Positions 57,306 through 64,000 of a DNA stretch of 64,000 bases are shown piece by piece; position 1 is the first letter of the stretch, and every line of letters begins with the position of its first letter. This stretch comes from an uncultured delta proteobacterium (lineage in GTDB: Bacteria; Myxococcota; Myxococcia; Myxococcales; Myxococcaceae), in assembly GCA_963776345.1 (NCBI GenBank), contig CAVZMH010000013.1, forward strand, positions 1 to 64,000, written 5' to 3'. The notes beneath the pieces were generated by a model, which worked only from the letters and a program-made list of their open reading frames with translations, did not search any database and was not told the DNA's origin. The position numbers and the translations under genes were made by a program.

Positions 57306-58322
57306 TCAGAAGAGGGCCCCCTGAGAGTCCGCCGGCGGCGGCTTGTCGAAGTACCTCCAGCAGCGGGCGGTGGCCACCCGGCCCCGGGGCGTCCGGTGGA
57401 GGAACCCCTCCTGCATCAGGAACGGCTCGTAGACGTCCTCCACCGTGTCGCGCTGCTCGCCCACGCTCGCGGCGATGGTGTCCAGGCCCACCGGACCCCC
57501 GCCGAACTTCTCGAGGATGGTGAGGAGGATCTTCCGGTCCATCGGGTCGAGCCCGCTCCGGTCGACCTCCAGCCGCTCCAGGGCCCGCGCGGCGACCTCG
57601 CGCCCCACCCGCCGCACCCCGGCGACCTCGGCGAAGTCGCGGATGCGCCGGAGCAGCCGGTTGGCGATGCGGGGCGTGCCCCGGGAGCGGGTGGCGATCT
57701 CCCGCGCGCCGTCCTCGGCCAGCTGCACGCCGAGGATGCCCGCGCTCCGGGCGAGGATGGTCTCGAGGTCCGCCGGGGCGTAGTAGTCGAGCCGCTCCTG
57801 GATCTGGAACCGGTCGCGCAGCGGCGAGGTGAGGAGGCCGGTGCGCGTGGTCGCCCCCACCAGGGTGAAGGGCGGCAGGTCGATCTTCATCGCCCGGGCC
57901 GCGGGCCCGGAGTCGATGGTGATGTCCAGCCGGAAGTCCTCCATCGCCGGGTAGAGGTACTCCTCGACCGGCGCGGGCAGCCGGTGGATCTCGTCGATGA
58001 AGAGGAAGTCCCGCGGCTGGAGGTTGATGAGCAGCCCGGTCAGGTCTCCCTTCCGCTCCAGCGCGGGCCCGGAGGTGACGTGCAGCCCGACGCCCAGCTC
58101 GGCGGCGAGGATGTGCGCCAGCGAGGTCTTCCCCAGTCCCGGCGGCCCGGAGAAGAGGCAGTGGTCCAGCGCGTCGCCCCGCGCCCGCGCGGCGGCCACG
58201 TAGACCTTGAGCTTCTCCACGACGGTGGATTGCCCCACGTACTGCTCGAAGTTCCGCGGACGGAGCGAGGCCTCCACGCGCTTCTCGTCGGGGCTGGCGA
58301 CTTCGGGAGGCACGCGGGACAT
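57306..58322 (-). CDS. ruvB: Holliday junction branch migration helicase RuvB
   Basis: [32 protein letters not shown]. Confidence 0.97.
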   Translation of the reverse strand: MSRVPPEVASPDEKRVEASLRPRNFEQYVGQSTVVEKLKVYVAAARARGDALDHCLFSGPPGLGKTSLAHILAAELGVGLHVTSGPALERKGDLTGLLINLQPRDFLFIDEIHRLPAPVEEYLYPAMEDFRLDITIDSGPAARAMKIDLPPFTLVGATTRTGLLTSPLRDRFQIQERLDYYAPADLETILARSAGILGVQLAEDGAREIATRSRGTPRIANRLLRRIRDFAEVAGVRRVGREVAARALERLEVDRSGLDPMDRKILLTILEKFGGGPVGLDTIAASVGEQRDTVEDVYEPFLMQEGFLHRTPRGRVATARCWRYFDKPPPADSQGALF

Positions 58323-58358
58323 GGCGGAAACGACCGGACCTCCGGAGGGTACCACCGG

Positions 58359-58961
58359 CTACGGCGCCGTGCTCAGGCTGCGGAGCGCCTCCCGGAGGAG
58401 CGCCTCGAGCTCCGCCGCGCCGAGCTTGTCCAGCGCCGCCTCGGCCGCGGCCTCGGCCTGCGCCGGTCGGTAGCCGAGGTTCGCCAGCGCCGAGACCAGG
58501 TCCGCGCGGGCGCCCCCGGCCCGCGGCCCGTCGGCCGGTGCGGACGCCGCGCGCGGCAGCACCTTCACCTTGTCCTTGAGCTCGAGGACCAGCCGCTCGG
58601 CGGTCTTCTTCCCCACCCCGTGGATGCGGGTCAGCCGCGCCACCTCGCCGCGCTCGAGGGCGACCACCAGCTCGTCCACCTCGAGCCCGGAGAGCACGGT
58701 CATCGCCAGCCGCGGGCCCACGTGGGAGACCGAGGTGAGGAGGGTGAACATCGCCTCCTCCACCGGGGTGAGGAACCCGTACAGCTCGAGGGCGTCCTCG
58801 CGGACCACCGTCCGCACGCGCACCCGCACCGGCTCGCCGGCACGAGGGAGCCGGGCCAGGGTGAGCACCGAGAAAGCCACCCGGTACCCCACGCCGGCGA
58901 CCTCGATGATCGCCTCGTCCGCGGACTTCTCGAGCACGGTGCCGTGCAGGCCGGCGATCAC
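58359..58961 (-). CDS. ruvA: Holliday junction branch migration protein RuvA
   Basis: GVGYRV, VREDALELYGF, VGPRLA, GVGKKTAERLVLELKDK. Confidence 0.96.
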   Translation of the reverse strand: MIAGLHGTVLEKSADEAIIEVAGVGYRVAFSVLTLARLPRAGEPVRVRVRTVVREDALELYGFLTPVEEAMFTLLTSVSHVGPRLAMTVLSGLEVDELVVALERGEVARLTRIHGVGKKTAERLVLELKDKVKVLPRAASAPADGPRAGGARADLVSALANLGYRPAQAEAAAEAALDKLGAAELEALLREALRSLSTAP

Positions 58962-59530
58962 GCGCCGGACCTGGCCGGCCGGGTCACCGCCGGACGGAGC
59001 CTGGCGCTGAGGTCCGGGGCGGGACGACGGGCGCGCCGGAGGGTGAGGGGCGACCCCGCGCGGTGCAGGTGGCAGACGGCGACGGCCAGAGCGTCGGTCG
59101 CGTCCGCCCGGGGCGTGTCGGTCAACCCGAGGAACGCCGAGACGGCACGGGAGACGGCCTCCTTCGCCCCCGCCCCGCCCACGCCGATGGCGCGCTTCAC
59201 CAGGGCCGGCGCGTACTCGAAGACGGGGAGGCCGGCCCGGGCGGCGACCAGCAGCGCCACCCCGCGGGCCTGGCCGAGGACCAGCGCGCTCCGGGCGTTC
59301 CTGAAGGTGAAGACGCCCTCCACCGCGACCGCGGCTGGCGCGTGGCGGAGCAGCGTCTCGGACAGCCGGGCGAAGAGCTCCACCAGCCGGAGCTCGAGCG
59401 GCGCGGAGCCGTCCAGGCGCAGGATGCCGTGGGCCACGTGCCCCACCCCGCTCCCTCTCGGCTCGACGACGCCCCACCCCACCACCCGGCTTCCGGGGTC
59501 GATGCCGAGGACGCGCGTCGGACCGAGCAC
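58958..59530 (-). CDS. ruvC: Crossover junction endodeoxyribonuclease RuvC
   Basis: VLGIDPG, AVEGVF, LGQARG, DATDALAVAVCH. Start uncertain. Confidence 0.95.
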   Translation of the reverse strand: MLGPTRVLGIDPGSRVVGWGVVEPRGSGVGHVAHGILRLDGSAPLELRLVELFARLSETLLRHAPAAVAVEGVFTFRNARSALVLGQARGVALLVAARAGLPVFEYAPALVKRAIGVGGAGAKEAVSRAVSAFLGLTDTPRADATDALAVAVCHLHRAGSPLTLRRARRPAPDLSARLRPAVTRPARSGA

Positions 59531-59547
59531 GGAACGGATGTGTAGCA

Positions 59548-60297
59548 CTACGCCCCCATCTGCTCCAGTTCGGGATCGGGGATGTCGGCGTTGGCCCAGA
59601 CGTTCTGCACGTCGTCGTTGTCCTCGAGCAGTTCGAGGAGCTTCACCACCTTCTTCGCCGCCTCGCCGTCGACCTTCACCGTGTTCTGCGGGAGGTAGAC
59701 CCAGCGCTGCTCGCCGAGGTGCAGGCCCGACTTCTCCAGGGCCCCCGAGATCTGGTGGAGCAGCGCGGGATCGGTTCGCACCTCGAAGCCCTCGGTGCCC
59801 TGGGCCACCACGTCGTCGGCGCCGGCCTCGAGCGCAGCCTCCATCACCGTGTCCTCGCTCGGACCCGGCTTCACCACGATGCTGCCCTTCCTCTGGAAGT
59901 TCCAGGCCACCGCGCCCTCGGCGGCGAGGTTGCCCCCGCCCTTGCTGAAGGTCGCCCGGACGTCGCCGGCGGTGCGGTGGCGGTTGTCGGTCAGGCACTC
60001 GACGAGCACCGCCACCCCGCCCGGGCCGTACCCCTCGTAGGTGACCTCGTCGTAGTGCACGCCCTCGAGCTCGCCGGTCCCCTTCTTCACCGCCCGGGTG
60101 ATGTTGTCCCCGGGCATGTTGGCCTCGCGCGCGGCCAGCATCGCCGATCGGAGCCGGGCGTTGCCCGCCGGATCGCCTCCGCCGAGGCGCGCGGCGACGG
60201 TGATCTCCTTGATGAGCTTGGTGAAGAGCTTCCCCTTGCTCGCGCCCATCGCCTCCTTCTGGCGCTTGATCTTCGTCCAACGGTTGTGACCGGACAT
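59548..60297 (-). CDS. yebC: YebC/PmpR family protein
   Basis: MSGHNRWTKIKRQK, YEGYGPGG, TDNRHRT, LEDNDDVQNVWAN. Confidence 0.95.
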   Translation of the reverse strand: MSGHNRWTKIKRQKEAMGASKGKLFTKLIKEITVAARLGGGDPAGNARLRSAMLAAREANMPGDNITRAVKKGTGELEGVHYDEVTYEGYGPGGVAVLVECLTDNRHRTAGDVRATFSKGGGNLAAEGAVAWNFQRKGSIVVKPGPSEDTVMEAALEAGADDVVAQGTEGFEVRTDPALLHQISGALEKSGLHLGEQRWVYLPQNTVKVDGEAAKKVVKLLELLEDNDDVQNVWANADIPDPELEQMGA

Positions 60298-60307
60298 GGC
60301 CCTCGCC

Positions 60308-62192
60308 CTAGGGAATGGACGAGAGCAGCGCCCGCGCCTCGTCCGCCCGGGGGCCCGAGGGCTCCAGGGACAGCACCCGCTCGAGCGCCGACCGGGCCTG
60401 CTGCGCCCGCCCACCCCGGAGTTGGATCCGGGCGAGGAGCAGGTGGGCCCGGGCGTCCGACGGGTCGATGGCTGCCGCTCTCATCGCGGCCTCTTCTGCC
60501 CCGGCGTCGTCTCGGGCGTCAATGCGCTCCGTCGCCCGGGCCACCAGCCGGTCCACCTCGTTCTCCACCACGGGCCCCGCCGGAGCGGCGTGGACTCCGG
60601 CAGGAGGCCGGGGCGGCGCGGCGGTCCGCACCCAGAGGGTGGTCGCGAGGAAGGCTGCGATCACCACCCCGAGTCCGGCGAGCCGGCAACAGCCGCCGCC
60701 AGCGCCGGAGGGTGGCGGCGGAGTGGGCGAGCGCCACCTGGCGGGCAGCGACGGCGAGCGGCGACTCCTCGCCCGCCTCGAGCGCCACCGGCACGCTCGG
60801 CGGCGTGGGCGGCCGGTGCAGGGGGGGCGGAGCCGAGGCCGCTGCCGTGGTGCGCGGCGCGGCAGCGACGGCCGCCGGAGTCTCCAACCGCGGCGAGGAC
60901 GGGGGGAGCGGCTCGAGGCCGAGGGGGACCGCGCGCATCGCCCGCTCGATCTCCCCGACCCCCGACGGGCTCCCCCATCCGGTGACGCCGGGGAGCTCGG
61001 GCGCCGCAGGGCCAGTGAGCGTCGGCTCGCTGCCGGGTGCCGCGGCCCCGGGCGGCACCACCACGGCCTGGGCCACGGTCGGCGCGAGCGCGGGGCTCGG
61101 CATGGGCGTCTGCCCGGTGGACCACGGCACCGCCGGCGTCGCGCCCGGGGTGGAGGTCCGGGGCACCGGGTCGTCCCAGCCGGTGCGGACCCGATGGGGC
61201 ATCGGCTCGAGGCCGCGCGCACGCGCCACCCGCGCCGGGAGCAGCGCGCCCGAGGCGTACAGGCGATTGGTGACCTGCAGCACCAGCGACTCCGGTAGCG
61301 AGGACTCCAGCACCACCGCCCGCACCGTCCGCTCGCCGTCGAAGAGGCGGACCACCGGCTCGACCTCCTCGGGAAGCTGGGCGATCTGCGCCAGGAGCGC
61401 GCGGAGGTCGGGGCAGAGGACGGCCTCGAGCGGCACGCTCACCCGGACGAGCGATCGCCAGGCGGCGAGGGCGTCCGCCCACGGGCCGCACAGAGCACGG
61501 AGGTCGACCGACAGCTCGCCGCGCGTCCGCACCGGGCCGAGGTGGACCGCGTACGCACCCTCGCCCAGGAAGAGCATCCGCCGGAGCGCGCGCTCCCCCT
61601 GGATGGAGCGCACCTGGGCCGAGACCACCTCGCCCCCGCGGAAGAGCAGCTCGGCGCTGGTGCCGAGCACCAGCCGACCGCTCCGGGTCCCGGCCAGGAG
61701 CGCCCGCAGCGCCGCGGCGACGGGGACCTCGCGGGTGGAGGCGACCAGCGTCGGGCTGGCCGGGGCCCGCGAGGACTCGAGCCGCGCCAGCGTCACCAGA
61801 TCTCCGACGAACAGCGGCTTGGCGAGCACGTCGTGCGCGCCGGCCGAGAGCGCCTGCGCGGTGGCCGACTCCGACCGCTGCGTGGTGAGCAGCAACACCG
61901 GCACCTCGGCCAGGGCCGAGCGCCGGAGGCGGGCGCAGAAAGTGACTCCGTCGAGGCCGGGCAGCCGCGTCTCGCTCACCACCAGCGCGGGCGTGGGTCC
62001 CTGGGCCAGCACGCGCTCGGCCTCCTCGGCGGTCCGGACAGAGGTGACCTGGAAGCCTCCGCGCACCAGGCCGAACTGCATCAGGCCCCGGGTGGAGGCC
62101 TGCGGCTCGACGACCAGCACCCGGCGCGCATCCGGGGGGGACCCGCGGCCCACCTGGACCGGGGTGATTGTCCTCTCTTGCGAGACCGGCAT
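60308..62192 (-). CDS. Atypical response regulator with DUF4388 domain, Pro-rich linker, TM helix and C-terminal TPR; frameshift near 60710
   Basis: Receiver-like N-terminus (LVVEP, LVVSETRLPGLDG, KP); the TM segment and TPR tail (DARAHLLLA) are in a second frame. Confidence 0.75.
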
Positions 62193-62326
62193 CCGCGATG
62201 GACTCCCCGCCTCAGGGACGCGGGCGCCGCGTGGCGCCGCTTGTCCCCCAAAGTGGGAGTCTATGCGCCCGCCTCCGCCCTCGGGAAGCGAGCGACAGGG
62301 CTGTTGGACCGGGGGGGCGAGGAGGC

Positions 62327-63712
62327 TCAGCGCACCTGACGCAGCGCCTCGGTGAACTTCTCCGGTCCGAGGAAACCGGTCACCCGCGGGTCATCCAGGA
62401 CCTGACCCTCCGAGGAGATGAACGCCACCGTGGGCAGGCCGTTGACCCCGAACCGCTGGTACAGCGCGTCGACCGGGTCCTGGGCGTTGGTCCCGTCCAC
62501 CTTGATGCGGACGAAGCGCTCGGCCTCCTCCACCACCGCCGGCGCGACGTAGGTCTCGCGGTCCAGTTCCTTGCAGGCCGCGCACCACTCCGCGAAGAAG
62601 TCGATCATCACCGGCCGGTGCTCGGCCCGCGCACGGGCGAGCGCGGCCTCGACGGGCTCGGGGCGGGTCCCCTCCCCCGCATAGCGGAGGTTCCAGACCA
62701 GGCCCGTGCTCTCCACCCCGACGTTGAGGGCGGAGAGCCGGAGCAGCACCGCCCCGGCGACCAGCGCCACACCGGCGCCCTTGAGCAGCGCCTCCCGGGG
62801 CCCGGCGCCGAAGCGGCGGTGGATGGCGCCGAGCAGCACGCCCACCCCGGCCAGTCCGGCGGCGAGCGCGACGCCTCCCGTCGGTCCCCAGGCCCGGGCC
62901 GCGGACGACGCTGCGGTGCGGAGCGCGGGGAAGGCGTCCCGGACGTAGGTGGCGGCGAGGGCGACGAGCAGGATGCCGAGCGCGCTCTTCACCCAGTCCA
63001 TCCAGGCGCCGCTCTTCGGGAGCCGCACCGCGAAGACGCCGATGAGGAAGAACGGCACGCCGATGCCCAGCGCGTAGACGAAGAGCAGCCCCGCCCCGAG
63101 CGCCGTGCTGCGGCTGGTCGCCACATAGGTGAGGAGCCCGGTGAGCACCGGGCCGGTGCAGGGCGCGGCGAGGAAGCCTGCCACGCTGCCCATCAGGAAC
63201 GCACCCGCCAGGCCCGAGCCTCCGACCGAGTTCAGCCGCAGCGCGAGCCCCTCGGGGAGGGTGAGCTCGAACGCGCCGAACATGCTGGCCGCGAGCACCA
63301 GCAGGAACACGGCGAGCCCGATGGCCACCGCCGGATGCCCGAGCAGCTGCCCGAACGCCGCGCCGGTGCGCGCCGCCACGACGCCGAGCGTGGCGAACAC
63401 CACCCCCATCCCCACGACGTAGCTCGAGGTGAGGAGCACCGCCTTGCCTCGCCCGACTCCGGGCCGGGCGCCGAACACGCCCACGGTGATGGGGATGAGC
63501 GGGTAGACGCACGGGGTGAGCGCGGTGAGCAGCCCTCCGAGGAAGACCAGGAGCGCGCCGGCCCCGAGCCGGCCTGCCCCGAGCGCTCCGGCGGCATCGA
63601 GGTTGGCCGACGGCCCGGTGGGCAGGGCGGCGGGCACGAGCGCGAGCCCGAGCGCGGCCACTGCCGCGAGGCCGAGCACCCGGACCAGGCGTGTCGATGG
63701 TGTCGTCTGCAA
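62327..63712 (-). CDS. dsbD: DsbD/CcdA-family protein-disulfide reductase with C-terminal thioredoxin domain
   Basis: LTPCVYPLIPI, AAPCTGP, LPKSGAWM, DFFAEWCAACKE. Confidence 0.88.
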   Translation of the reverse strand: MQTTPSTRLVRVLGLAAVAALGLALVPAALPTGPSANLDAAGALGAGRLGAGALLVFLGGLLTALTPCVYPLIPITVGVFGARPGVGRGKAVLLTSSYVVGMGVVFATLGVVAARTGAAFGQLLGHPAVAIGLAVFLLVLAASMFGAFELTLPEGLALRLNSVGGSGLAGAFLMGSVAGFLAAPCTGPVLTGLLTYVATSRSTALGAGLLFVYALGIGVPFFLIGVFAVRLPKSGAWMDWVKSALGILLVALAATYVRDAFPALRTAASSAARAWGPTGGVALAAGLAGVGVLLGAIHRRFGAGPREALLKGAGVALVAGAVLLRLSALNVGVESTGLVWNLRYAGEGTRPEPVEAALARARAEHRPVMIDFFAEWCAACKELDRETYVAPAVVEEAERFVRIKVDGTNAQDPVDALYQRFGVNGLPTVAFISSEGQVLDDPRVTGFLGPEKFTEALRQVR

Positions 63713-63792
63713 AGAGTTTCGCTCCGGGATCCGAGCAGGAAACGCCCACGGAGCCCGCGGGCTTCCACCTTGATGTCGGGACCCCCATCGTT

Positions 63793-63817
63793 ATAATCGA
63801 CCTGTCCGGTCCACATT
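63793..63817. promoter_or_regulatory. Rrf2/IscR-like operator upstream of iscS
   Basis: ataatcGACctgtccgGTCcacatt has the ATA-N3-GAC-N7-GTC layout of IscR type-1 boxes and overlaps a TATAAT (63792-63797). Confidence 0.55.
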
Positions 63818-63852
63818 GGTAGGCCAATGTAGGCACGGACCCGAACGACCCG

Positions 63853-64000
63853 ATGACGCTCCCTATTTACATGGATAACCATGCCACGACCGCGCTCGAT
63901 CCGCGCGTGCTCGAGGCGATGCTCCCGTACCTCCGGGAGGATTTCGGGAACGCTGCTTCTCGGAACCATGCGTTCGGGTGGCGGGCCGAGGCGGCGGTCG
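63853..64000 (+). CDS. iscS: Cysteine desulfurase IscS, 5' part (runs off the window)
   Basis: [43 protein letters not shown]. Confidence 0.92.
   Translation, partial: MTLPIYMDNHATTALDPRVLEAMLPYLREDFGNAASRNHAFGWRAEAAV

Noticed and set aside
53763..62355. Long plus-strand ORFs 53763-56060, 55822-57324, 57396-59948 and 59719-62355
   Set aside because: They overlap lpxC, ruvABC, yebC and others on the opposite strand, with Arg/Pro/Gly-rich shadow composition.

Overview
High-GC bacterial DNA that looks like Myxococcota (MYXO-CTERM-like C-termini, DUF4388 response regulator, TonB_C-fused receptor). The right half (33.6-64 kb) is ordinary core genome: tyrosine catabolism (FAH-family gene, maiA, hppD, hmgA), M13 peptidase, serC, DUF1015, a ScfR/RamB-type regulator, pepA, pyrF, a DsbA-like gene, lpxC, ruvCAB-yebC, a dsbD-like gene and the start of iscS. 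The left half (1.4-33.5 kb) is a tandem array of two related integrative elements of about 15-17 kb inserted at the 3' half of a tRNA-Gly(CCC) gene (33430-33501, minus strand). The att copies lie at 1389-1431, 16692-16736 and 33429-33473. Both elements carry a near-identical tandem ribbon-helix-helix-like gene, an Xis-like HTH gene, a tyrosine integrase with a Cys/His insertion that reads through the att site, their own paired arm-type repeats, and a conserved palindrome-rich non-coding block (candidate oriT). Main observation: joining the ends of element A in silico fuses its integrase in frame to an Xis-like HTH domain encoded 16.7 kb away at the other end. Integration therefore swaps a 119-aa HTH-bearing tail for 5 tRNA-derived residues. 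A third, inverted att-end relic from a tRNA-Arg(CCG)-targeting relative is nested in element A. Cargo includes a TonB metal-uptake operon led by a candidate metal-sensing arrest peptide, an ECF sigma/Ser-Thr kinase pair, a PIN-like protein and secreted hydrolases. Several genes, including serC, carry 1-nt frameshifts, so uncorrected long-read errors are likely. All calls are by eye; no database searches were run.
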